Shown here one piece after another: positions 25,528 to 36,513 of a stretch of DNA of 64,000 bases; positions within the stretch are counted from its first letter, which is position 1, and every line of letters begins with the position of its first letter. Both the position numbers and the translations under genes were made by a program. Source of the stretch: Dudresnaya verticillata (Eukaryota); contig OZ374559.1 of NCBI GenBank assembly GCA_977862235.1, forward strand, positions 558,001 through 622,000, in the 5' to 3' direction. The notes below the pieces were generated by a model. The model searched no databases. It saw only the letters and a list, made by a program, of their open reading frames with translations, and had not been told where the DNA came from.

Positions 25528-26586
25528 CTTCCCGTGGATTAGAGGTAGGGACGACCAAAAGGGCACCACGAAAGCGACCAATTTGCGGTACCGTTCGAAA
25601 GTGTGCGGGTGTGCAATTGGGATACATATGGTCTCTTTGACGAAGTGCTTTGCTTCCTAACCAGATAGACGTGTCAGGTGTGACGGAGTTGAATGATAAG
25701 GCCTGCCAATTGCAATTGGTGTCACCGCAAGGTCAAGAGGTGCAGAAGAAACGAGGCAAGGGGGAAGGAGACGGAAAGCAGGCGCACCGGAGCGGCGAGT
25801 AGAATCAGCGTACGAAGCAGTAGGGGCATAATATGAGGATGAAATGGAATCGGTGGCCAGGGATGTGAACACGCGTAGCACGGCAGCAATGGGTATATCG
25901 AGGCCAAAACGCGGGCGAAGCGCACCAAGAGAGGGAGAGGAAGACAACAGGCAAATGTATTTCGACAGAGAAGCAGCATCAGAAAGGTCAACGGCAAGAT
26001 GGAGGATAAGAGCAGAGGTGTAGAATAAATCAAGGGAGGCATGGGCAATGAAAAGGAAGGACTACTCGTCAAGGGACGAGAGAGGAGAAGGGGGTCCAGA
26101 AGCAGGAACATTCATGGAGAGAGTCGAGTGCGCCAGCCACGGTCAGCACAGCAATGCTCTGTAAAACTCCCGAGTCGATACCAAACCAGACCCAGGAGTC
26201 CAGACCAGAATCTCGTTAAAGTATCTTGGATTCGACACCACTTCAGGAGGATGAGAAACTCACGCAGTATTAAAACGCATCCTCAGCGCCCAGAAAGCGT
26301 TCGGTGCCGTATTGGACATTGGCTCTTTCCTTGGTATGTCACCGCAAGCAGCAGGCTCCACATCGAAGGCGTTCGTACTGTCAAAATGCCGACCTTTCCG
26401 AAACTGTAGCCTTTAGGACCCACACGTGTTCGTATATGAAAGGCCCTCAAAAGGGCTGCCCCGGTTAGCACGACTGGAAGATCTGCACTTTCGGAACGGC
26501 TCGCAAAAGAGCTGATTAAGGGCGGAGCAGTTGATTCCAATGGTACCGGAGGTTGATTCAAAAGTGGACACTGGTTGGGGGCCAGA

Positions 26587-26646
26587 AAACTTTTATTGGT
26601 TGTTTTAGGTGGTCCCGCTTGGGCTACTTAAAGGCCCATGTGCAGG
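26587..26646 (-). mobile_element. Isolated 60-bp LINE 3'-end fragment
   Basis: Nearly identical to 39185-39243, which terminates a LINE copy. Confidence 0.75.
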
Positions 26647-26892
26647 AAAATGTTGTGGTTGGGTGTTCCGTGGTTCTTTGAACTTGTCTTCCATTAGTTG
26701 AAATCGCAAAGTGGTGCATCGTCTCCGGTCTGTAGCGTGTGGTAGGGTAGTTCCCTAGCTTTCGTTTGGTTATTGATTGTTCTATTTTGTAATCCTTAGT
26801 CACGCGAATGTGGAGTTGAATGCAAATATTGACAATATTCAGAGAGAGAGAGACCTTTATTAAACAACAAGAGAGAAGCCCCTTAAGGGGGC

Positions 26893-29800
26893 TTAGGATT
26901 CAGAGCTACCATAAAGAGGCGGAGGAGCAAGCTTGCGGCGGTTGACACTCACCGCCACGCATTGGAGAACTAAAGAGAGTAAACGAGTAGTGAGGCGAAG
27001 TTTCTCCGTAGACGGAGAGGTCCCGCGCTTGCTGGCAATGAAATTAGCAATACGTTGGGCGCCAACTTCAAAGCCAGATCCAACACGGCCATAGACATCT
27101 ACAACCATAGGATGGAGAACCATATCCAAACTAGCGCACACGCAGCGGTAATGAGAGCGTTTGACACGTTCGCGAGCTGCAATGGCTTGGCCAGCAACGC
27201 GACCAGTGGAACCATGAATAGAATGGGGACTGACGACCGAGACATCAAATCCATGGGGGTGAGGGGCAAAGCCACGATCATCAACGAAAATATCCATACG
27301 CAGTTGGTCACGTGGATCAACAGGCTGTGGGGGACCACCAGAAGCAGCATGACGCTCGTCACGTATGCGTTCAGCACGTGTTCGGGCAGCGTTGGGGACA
27401 GAGCTACGGGGCCCATGCTCATCCGAATAAGTGAAACGATGCTCAACTTCAATGCGCACGCCATGGGGGCGGGCGATAGTCTGAAATAAGACACTTAAGC
27501 GATCCCGAAGATGATCATGACGGCGAATCGTGCCCTCACGAGAAGAGCAGACCGTAGCATGATGCCCATAAACATCAAGAAGAGGGGGAACAGAAGCGGT
27601 ACCATCAACACAACGGGGGCATGGGTCATCTCCACTGAAGATGGGAAGTCCAAGTCGTAGCTGGATCATTGATATCCAAACTTCAGGTTCGACCCGAGTA
27701 CCATGGAAGGAGGAAGGTACAGCGGCAAATGCGCGCGCAGAACTGGCCGTGCAGGTAGATTGCAGACGAAGACGACAGCGAAGATCATCACTAGAGTTGG
27801 ATGACGGGGTCACAGAGGCCAAAACCACGGCATTAATAGAAGAAAAAAGCTCATGATGCACAGAACCGGGAGACCTTGAGTCATGAGGAGTAGCATGGAA
27901 AGAATTCAAGAACGTGGTTACATCATTAAGTCGGGCTTGACACTGTTTGCCAACAGAAGAGCGTAGACGGCCTAGGGAAGGCCCAAGGGTGTTGTCAGCA
28001 GGGAAGGGAAAAGGACCAAGAACTGTCCGGATGGTAGACATGCTTGAACCGAGAGACGCTAAATAGCTGAGATCCACCACAGCGGAAGCTCTAGACAGTC
28101 CTAGGCCACCAGATCGCAGCGGTAGAGAACTGAGCTTCCAAATCGAATCGGTTAAGAGACAATGAGTTGCTTCAAACACCCGTCGCATTCCAAGGTCGTG
28201 GGACACGGCAATGGAAGAGGTTAAGTGCGGAGGGGTAGTTCGGAGCAGGTAGGATAGTTTTGATACACCAGCACAGAAGCGTAGAAGGTGGAAGACAAGT
28301 GAAGACAAGTTGAGGGTCACTGAGAGAAAGTAAACGATCCCAGAGTAGAGCCACGGACTGTAGTTTCTTCGTCAAGATAGCCTTACAGGCATTGTCAGCC
28401 CCAATAGGGGAACCTAGAACCTCAATGGCAGCATTTCGGTTAACATCGCATGGTAAATTACGAAGAGGGGAAGAGCGTAGGCGAGGCAGAAGAGGCCACC
28501 ACGCGTCAGACTTATGGGAACCAAGCTGCACATGAAAACCATAAGAAGAACCTCGATCGGAGAGAAAATGTAGGACTTCTGCAGCAGACGAAATGGGAAG
28601 CACGATATACAAATCGTCGGCATAAGCCGTAATAAGCTTAATGCTGCTAAATCTGGAGGCAACAGCACAAAGAAGCGGTTGTAGAGCAATACAAAAAAGA
28701 AGCATGCTCAACGGGTCACCCTGCTGGGTACCTGTATGGCTGAACAGGGTGAACGCTCCGAACAGAAGTCTAGGTGATGCAGTATAGAGGTAATGAACCA
28801 TCTTAGAAATTCCTGGAACATGGGAAATAACTTCCCGTAAGAAATGAGCTCGCTCAATGCTATTAAAGGCATTCTTAGCATCGATGCGAAGCAAAACGAG
28901 GGATTCAGTACGATGAGATGCAATAAAGGCTCGTAGGGAATGAATGATGGCCTCGGCTCCATTTGGGGTACCAACAGCGAGTTGAAAAGGACGTAGATAC
29001 GATATCACAGCAGGATCCTTGGATGCACGTTGAGCAAGAAGACGGCATACAAAACGCCGAATAATGCAACCCATAGCTATGGGACGTAGGGATCCTGGTT
29101 TTGACTTTGGAATACCAATCAGGAGGGCGCTAGCAAACCACGGGCTGAACGAAGATGGGAGACGGCCAGCAGCGCATTTGTTCACAAAGGCAGTGAGAGC
29201 AGTTAAGGCAGAGCGATTTGGCTCCGTACCGCCAAGTGGGTGAGCAAGAAGTCTTAGAAGACTGGGACGAAGGCCATCTGGGCCTGGGGAGGAATGATAC
29301 GGGAGAAACCGCAAGGCCCGGCGAATATCAGACTCAGAGAAGTCGTATGCAGGAGGTAGGGAAGAATAGCAATGTGGAAGAACCGCTTCAACAGGGGCTG
29401 GATGAAGCGCCTCCATGGCAGGGAGGGTAGAAGAATTTGGGAGTACCGGAGGTGTTGTAGAGCAGAGTGCAGCAGCTGCTTTGCTAAGAGCTCCATCAGA
29501 GCATAGTTGACGGCAGCGCCGGGACGGATCCGAAGGAATGTGAAGTGAGGCTGTGGGAAGAGATGGGAAAGCAGAAGTGGCAGATTCCCATAGATCATGC
29601 CACCGACCTAGAAGAGCTAGACGAATGCGTGCGCGCAACATTCGAGTGAGCGTGCGACGATGCGAATTTCGCGGTTCGCCCGCTCCGTTCTTACGAACAA
29701 CAAGCTTTCCTACCGCCAAAATGCGAGAAAGGCTTTCCTCAAGAGCGCTTGGCGTATGAGCAGATACAAAAGACGAGAAGAATTGAAATAGGAGGTTGTC

Positions 29801-29908
29801 CCAGTCTGCCCGAAGCGTATTTGGCAGAAACTTAATTGTGGGGATCGGTAAAGGGAAGAGGAGTTGTGGTCGAGGACAAGGGTCGAACTGAAGTGGTGCA
29901 TTTGACAT
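26893..29908 (-). pseudogene. RT-CCHC-RLE polyprotein (1001 aa once one 10-bp duplication is removed)
   Basis: SPGPDG, LRPIAMG, DAKNAFNSIER, GTQQGDPLS, AYADD, LPLRSGGLGL, CPRC..HATVC, RRHD, RMDI, FDVSVV, RERVKRSHY, PMVVDVYG. Confidence 0.9.
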
Positions 29909-30498
29909 TATGCGTTGGGAATCATTGCGACGTCTGTCGATTGTTGTCCTAGATCCGTTGATGCGGGTAACGCATCCGGGGAAGGCGAGGATTCATCAGA
30001 AGCATTTCGAGGGAGAACACGGACGAAACCGTCGGCATCAGGAGAAGATAGGCGACGATATACCCTCCGGCGCTTTGCACCAATATTCGGGTAGTCTGCA
30101 GGGGGTTGAGGCAACGGATGGGTATCATGACCCCACTGAGAAAGACGTTCTTGAAGCAAAGCATGAGTGGAGCGGAGAGCAGCAGAAAAATACGGTGCGG
30201 GGCCCCACTTGCTAGCCGAGGTCTCCAGGCGCGTAATCTCATTTTGCAACGGAAGGAAAACAGAGTTAACTGCATCGACAGTATTTAAGGAGGTGTGAAG
30301 GTCGGTGATTGCAGAGAATTCCAATGTCGGTACTATAGAGTTGTCAGCATGTTTCGCCAGATCCGTGAATGCCTTATATGCTGGCTGTAGTGATTCAAGA
30401 TCACGGGCTGCAGCGACGACATAAAAAACCGCAGGATCTGTAGTGCGAAGGATGGAGCAGGGGCCAGGAAATCCACCTTGATGTATAGCTCGGCACAA
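29908..30498 (-). CDS. Putative ORF1 of the CRE-like element, unknown function, possibly 5'-truncated
   Basis: 196-codon ORF whose TAA overlaps the RT ORF ATG (TAATG). Helical N-terminal part, basic KRRR motif. Confidence 0.55.
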   Translation of the reverse strand: MCRAIHQGGFPGPCSILRTTDPAVFYVVAAARDLESLQPAYKAFTDLAKHADNSIVPTLEFSAITDLHTSLNTVDAVNSVFLPLQNEITRLETSASKWGPAPYFSAALRSTHALLQERLSQWGHDTHPLPQPPADYPNIGAKRRRVYRRLSSPDADGFVRVLPRNASDESSPSPDALPASTDLGQQSTDVAMIPNA

Positions 30499-31337
30499 TA
30501 TTCAGTGACATTTGAGATTGTGTACTACTCTATCTTGACCATCCATTTGTATTCTCCTGCCAGTGCTGGACCGGATGAACTTATCTTGAAGTCCTCTATG
30601 TCTGCTCAAGTTGAACGACACGTAGAGGCAGCAATCGAAAGCTTAGACAAGTCCATTGCCTCTGCATATGTATTGCGCAGATATAGGAACGAGTTTCGAC
30701 AGGGCAGCTGGGAAAAAGAAAGCGCTCTAACGCCCGTCACCGCTGTACCTCCAAAACACCATCTGCCACAGTCGCTCTTCCGAGGAGAAGCGTTTGCAAA
30801 CATTACAAACGAAAAAGCCCCTCATAGATCACTCTTCCGGAGCCTACACAGGCGAACACTCCAAGCAAACAATAAAGTGCAACACCACAAGCTGCAGCGC
30901 ACGACTGCCCCCATCGCCTGCGAGTAAGCCACCGCACGCTCCAGGCCACCGAAAGATTCCCTGGCCCGCAGCATCGCCACGCCACACATCTCGAACCACT
31001 ACATGCTGAAAAGAGGTCTTATCTACATTGCATTTCGTTTAACGCGCTCCGAAGCAGGTAACCTAGAGGGAAGGTGGGCGTATCAGTTCCAGGGATATGG
31101 CGCCCAGCAAAACTTGTAACTATAGGAGGCATATTTTATACATTGCCAACAGCTGTGCTGCAGGGCACAATACCCCAAGCATGGTTCAAGCCCAGCTAAC
31201 TGTCTAAAGGCTGATCCTTACGGATAATGGTCACTTGTAAGTGCTTGACACGCCCGCTTCGGGAAACCTTAGAAAGACCGACAGACAATAACCCCTAGAC
31301 CGATTTCGTTGTGTAACCCGTGCTGTCTCGATTACTT

Positions 31338-32102
31338 TCAAGAATTCCAGTCAATTGTAGGATGTCGATCTCGCATATGTTCTGTACGGCCTTTCTTCCT
31401 CGCGAATAGTGCCCCGCAAACCGAACAAGAATACCCTCCGTCATTGCCAGGTCTGTGCACCCGTTCCTGGTGTCGTTTGAGATGGCACACTCTTTTGAAA
31501 GATTTTGAACATGCTGAGCATTTGAAGACCCGATGCGCTTCGGAGTGCACTGCCTGGTGCCTTCTAAGATCTGAAGGCCGAACAAAAACTGCATCGCACA
31601 ACTCACAATTGGCAGTTCTGGTTCTTCCATGTATCTCCTGAATTGTTGTACCACCAGCATTCAGAAGAAGGACAAAAACGGTCAGCAGCAGCAATAGCAC
31701 AGTTGAAGATAGAAACCGAAGATGTGCAAGTTATCGTACTTTCATGTGTCTATCGGCTGCTCCTTTTGAGGAGAGTGTTTTTCTGCAAAAGCGACATTGC
31801 ATCTTACCCATCATTGAGCTCGTCGCTTGGGTTGGGATTTCGAGAAATGCAATGTCAGATGCTGCTGAGCTACTCCCAGTTCGCTCTCTAGTACCACCAT
31901 CTCGAGAACCGTTGAGCACTTCATCGTCAGTAAGCGCATCTTCTTGAAGCAAAAGACTTGAAACCAGCGGTTCGGCAGATTCTACGTCACGAGAATAAAC
32001 TCCTTCGGGAGGAGAGGCCACGGGGAGCGTGGCCTCAACCGAATCTTTGCTAGCCCTGTCGACAATCAGCTCCGATATACCTGCAGGGCACATTTCCGAC
32101 AT
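31338..32102 (-). CDS. C2H2 zinc-finger protein, 4 fingers, 2 exons (32102-31740, 31637-31338), about 220 aa
   Basis: Splicing the GTACGA...CTGAC...CAG intron (31638-31739) completes finger 1 (CRFC...HMK|EIH). CELC, CSAC and CSVC fingers follow. Confidence 0.88.
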
Positions 32103-32999
32103 GGTGCGATAGATGCCCCTCTTTTGTTGTCAAATCCTTCAAGTGAACGTGTTGTTGCTTAGCGGGACTCAAGAATGACTGTCGGAGTGAAATCCGGTTC
32201 AGTTCCCGTCTTACGGTCTCTACTTATGGATGAACCCCTCAAGAGAGTGGCCGACGACATTGAGAAAGGGCGGGCAGTTCTCCCGCCAAAGTTTGAAATG
32301 AAGCCGTTAACGCTCACAATGTGATAGTGAGGGCAACTGCATATGTAAGGCGCTATGACACAGGCTCTAAAGCTCTACGCATTTCAATTGGTGCAACTGT
32401 CAGTTATGTATTGGAATATCTCGAGAATCAGAGGCTTCTATTCGCAGAGAGAGAGACAGAAGGGCCAAATTACGGAGCCAGGACCACTATTGGTACTGAG
32501 TGGTGTCCTCGCCCTTCTAGAATAGGCCCAGTGAGTCAGATGGCCATGTCGCCTGAAAAGGCCAAGCCTCATCAGGTCATATACAACCTGTCGTTTGCAT
32601 CAATCCACCTTGGCCCATTTTCATACCATATGACACTGGTCTGCATAGTTTCTTATGCAGTAGCACAGAAGCGTCACGCGGCTGAGCGGCATGCTTGTGC
32701 CATTGGAAAATGTACGAATCGGGCCGATTTGCGATGAGTTCCCTACTGTAGCAACGCGCACGGGACCTTCGTGAAACTAGTCTTCATTGTCTAGTTTTAT
32801 CCGGCAATAGCACAGTACAGCTTTCTTATGTTCGAACCATGTTCATCTTTTCAACAACCGGCTGCCGTTGTCAATGTCTGCTTGCGCACACCCGCCCGTC
32901 TTCCGTACCTTTGAGGAGCGCAATCCCCTCGAAAACGTAACCGTACTTCTCTTCTTTCACTGTAGAAAAGGAATTAAAAATGAAGAGAGAAGGGGGAAC

Positions 33000-34250
33000 T
33001 TTCTTCAGGAGGCAAGAGGGGGCTCTGCAAAGCTCCTGGGGACAGCAGGTTTATATGGGCATGGATACGGCCCCGGTTAATTTCTAGAGCTTGGTGACGA
33101 AGGAGCGTAGGAACAAAGCATGCAGTGAGGTTGAAGCTTGGTAGTTCGAGTTCGTGTCTCGGATCTGTGCGACATACCAACCGATGAAGGAGAAAACCTG
33201 TTGTGCTTGGGGCCCAAGCACGCCGTATGTGTCAACGGCGATATCGTGGAATTCCGTATCCTCCCAGTTGAGTAGATCTCGGTAGTGTGCCAGCTTGTGA
33301 TGTTCAGCCATCCATGCGTTGGCACCGGCTCTTCTGGAGGCGACAGGGTGTTAGTTTTGCTGCAAAAGAAGCAGTGACCGTAGCAACATATGCTTACGGA
33401 GTAGGGACGTGGGGACCAGGATGCATCACGATATCCATGCGGCTACGGGTTGGTGGGGGAAGATGCCGTACAAATAGAGCTGCGCTCGACCAAGACTGGC
33501 GAGACTCAAGAGTCGGAAAAGTTCACTGGCGACGAAGTCATGGAGTGATTTATGTCGTCGCAAAGGCTCCTATCGGCTAGGGTAAGTGAGGTCGTGATGA
33601 CCTAGAGCGTCAAGAACAGGATCACGACCGGACGGTCGGATAGAAGGCACTACTGGCTCGCTTCATCGAAGACAACGTTACCCAGACGTAAAAAACAGGC
33701 AGTTATCCAGGCTTGGGGTTCAAAGTAGCTCCCACAGAAGGTGTTGGACAGCGAGGTTGGCAAAAAGACGCGCTAGCAGAAATTTTTGTTGTAGAGGGCA
33801 TGCGAGCAGATAACATATGAGCGTCGGCACCCAGACGTGAAGCCACAAGAAGAAGCCGGTGGTAGGCAACAGCATGAATAACATCGGAGAGAGCGGTTTG
33901 GATCCATGACTGAGAGTCACTATTGGCCTCAGCTTGTTCAAAGGGGATGTGTGGGAAAGGCTAGTGGAAAGGACAACTCGCTTGTGCTGGAGTATGAGGA
34001 TCGTGGTAGACATATTGTAATCGACCGGGCAGGGATTAGGATGAGCAAATTACTCAGAACGACATGTGAGAGTTCGGAGGTGGGGGTGGGGGTGTATGAG
34101 AGAACCCACGTAAGCAGCGTGGGAGATGGAGGTGGGTTACAGGGGGTCAAAGCCCCCGCGGCGAAGGGGCAGAGTGGTAGAGTGGCCATTGTCCGAGGGT
34201 CGAAGGTTTCCGGAGAGGGAAACTATGATCACAGAAACATCCTTTCTATG
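33000..34250 (-). pseudogene. Degenerate CRE-like retrotransposon remnant (RLE region)
   Basis: RMDIV, AEHHKLAHYR and IAVDTYGVLGPQA parallel RMDIF, RERVKRSHYR and VVDVYGRVG of the 26.9-kb element. Many stops. Confidence 0.65.
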
Positions 34251-35619
34251 AACCGTATGAGTACTCTAGTAGAGTATCAGTACCGGATGGTGCGTGTCTT
34301 CGATAATGTTTCGCTGCCGTTATTCGCAGTACGTGACGTCGGTGGGGTTTGCGGCACCGGGAGAGACAAAACAGGGGACGAAAGGAGACAACAGGGAGCG
34401 GTCGTGCAGCCCGACACCACTAACATGAAACCACATCAAGAATCCTATCACCGCCTTGGTCTCATCCATGTCACTACCGACAGTTTCGCCCAGAGTGGCA
34501 CAGGTAGCAGCTGTCCACCCTCACCTGCTGTCTTCCAGTCGGACCATACTGAGCATCCATCCAGCGGGTGCTCAGGGGAGAGAATACTGTATTTTCTCAT
34601 TGCTTTTGTGTAATTGTCATTACCCTCCAAACTAAGCAGCTGGGGATAAGAGATTCTTCCCAGGTCAGCAGACAGCATCCAAACAATATTCCATGCAGAG
34701 AACAAAAATGGCGCGGGACTCTGCAATCCTTTAGCTGCAGAGGATAGCCGCGTTTGCAGCTAATGACAGAGTGTCTTGAACAGTGGGGAAGTAGGCTTTG
34801 CGGAGATACGTAGAACTAGGCTGAACGCCTACAACAGTCACACCACGCAACAAAAGCGAATTAGCTAGCCCTACAAAGTTCAACTTCTATAACCTCGGTC
34901 CCATCCATGCCTCGCAAGTTCGCCCATCCTCGACATGACTTCGATGTTTCGATAGCTAGCCCACATTCTCTACGTCGCTCTATTCGGCCCCTTTCTGCTC
35001 AGGAAATTTCTACCCGGGAGCGCTTTTAACGTTCCGACTACCGCTGTGCTTCAGGTCGCCTTGGCACGGTTGTTCATCCCATGGTCAGGTATATTTTTTT
35101 GTGTGGGCTCCGGATTCCGGATTTGAAGAAGGTGTTCTATGAAATGCAAAATTTCATTCCTTTTGGGAGTGGAACTGCGCGGACCTCTGAGAATCTCACT
35201 CTCTTAACCCGTCTTGTCTCTACCGTTCTACAGTACGTGGAGATTAGTATCACCTACCGCAAGCTCTACAGTGTGACGAGGATGACTACTTAGTTTCCCA
35301 ACCCCCTTGTGGGGCTTCTGCGCACTTGCTTGTAAAGGTTTCTCTCTCCCTGAGAACCTCACCCTTCTCACTTGCCTTTTTTAATCAATCATTACAAGCT
35401 ACTAGATACTACTGATAGATTTAGGTATGCCTAGCCCCATATCCAGGGTTTAGTTTGTGATAAAAGTTTCTCTTTGAATAGAGTCGCTCTCTTGGTTTAA
35501 CGTGTGATGAGGGCTAATGTTTTACTTATTGAGCGAGCAGCGTTGGACTTTCCTTAGTCTCAGACATTCTTCTTTCGAAGAGAGAGATTTTTCCTTTGCT
35601 CCATCAATAGGTATATAAG

Positions 35620-36513
35620 CTAGCTACGAGAATGCTTATTCTTCTCATGACGGTTGCGGTGACCCACCTGGCCAAACCAAACGTTGCATCCCGGGAATCT
35701 ACACTTGTGCGGCTTCTCGTTTCGATGCACAGAGGCTTCATGCACGTCACGTGCGTGCGCTGAGGTAGCAGAAAATTGGCAACCTTCTTTGCGGCATTTA
35801 TGCTTCTTGTAGTTCTCGTGAACATGACGGGTGTGTTGAGTCAGCCTGTAGTTGTGATTGAAGCACTTTCCACATACGGTGCACTTGAAGCTCTTGGGAT
35901 TATTGGAATGTTGCAGGTCGCCGTTCCCCTGTCGACTCAGATCGTGGGTATTTATGAGTTCGGCAGGGCTGACCCGTTCCAGATCATCTTCTGTTCCTTT
36001 AGTGTCTTCCAAAGGCGGTCTGCTCATCTGAGAGATGGGGTGTATGGGTCTTATCACTCCTTCCAAAGAATTCATGCTTCCACGTTCGATCTTCCCTGAG
36101 TTATTTCTTTTATTAACGTGCAAGACAAGCCTAGTCTCTTTTCCTTTCATATTCGTGAACAAGTCTCTCTCATGTCTTGGGACTGGAACGAATTCATCTC
36201 TTTCGTTCTCAAGACTGTTGGGTGATTCCAACGAGTGCTTCTCCTGCTGTTCTTCAACCGAACTCCCGCCATAGGTTCTTGTTCTAGAATGTGCCAATTG
36301 ACTCCATTTCTGTGTTTCCGGCTCATGATTGGGAGTCTTGAGCCCATTCCTGTGCAAGACATCCTTCAGTTTCAGCCCGCATTCAGCTATCGCTCTTTTG
36401 CCATAGTTTGACTGGAATTTTCGGTAAGAGTTTCGTTTCTTCGGCGGTAGACTCCAATCTCTATGCCTATATGACTTTGCGATGGGCCTCTTTAGGACAG
36501 AAAGAGCTGACAT
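35620..36513 (-). CDS. C2H2 zinc-finger protein, 3 C-terminal fingers, intronless
   Basis: FKCTVCGKCF..HTRHVH, HKCRKEGC..HEASVH, EKPHKCRFPGC..HEKNKH. First ATG at 36513. TATAAAG at about 36622-36628 upstream. Confidence 0.85.
   Translation of the reverse strand: MSALSVLKRPIAKSYRHRDWSLPPKKRNSYRKFQSNYGKRAIAECGLKLKDVLHRNGLKTPNHEPETQKWSQLAHSRTRTYGGSSVEEQQEKHSLESPNSLENERDEFVPVPRHERDLFTNMKGKETRLVLHVNKRNNSGKIERGSMNSLEGVIRPIHPISQMSRPPLEDTKGTEDDLERVSPAELINTHDLSRQGNGDLQHSNNPKSFKCTVCGKCFNHNYRLTQHTRHVHENYKKHKCRKEGCQFSATSAHARDVHEASVHRNEKPHKCRFPGCNVWFGQVGHRNRHEKNKHSRS

Larger units (their letters stand above)
26841..30498 (-). mobile_element. CRE-like non-LTR retrotransposon (RT + restriction-like endonuclease) with (TC)n tail
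   Basis: Two ORFs, a very short 3' UTR with a hairpin and AATAAA, ending in (TC)n. 5' boundary uncertain. Confidence 0.85.

Noticed and set aside
25657..26111. Further CRE-like remnant on the minus strand
   Set aside because: Composition is similar to the CRE element but no diagnostic motif can be read.
30598..30927. Small + strand ORF (MSAQVERHVEAAIESL...)
   Set aside because: Could be a real small gene, but there is no recognisable domain or other support.
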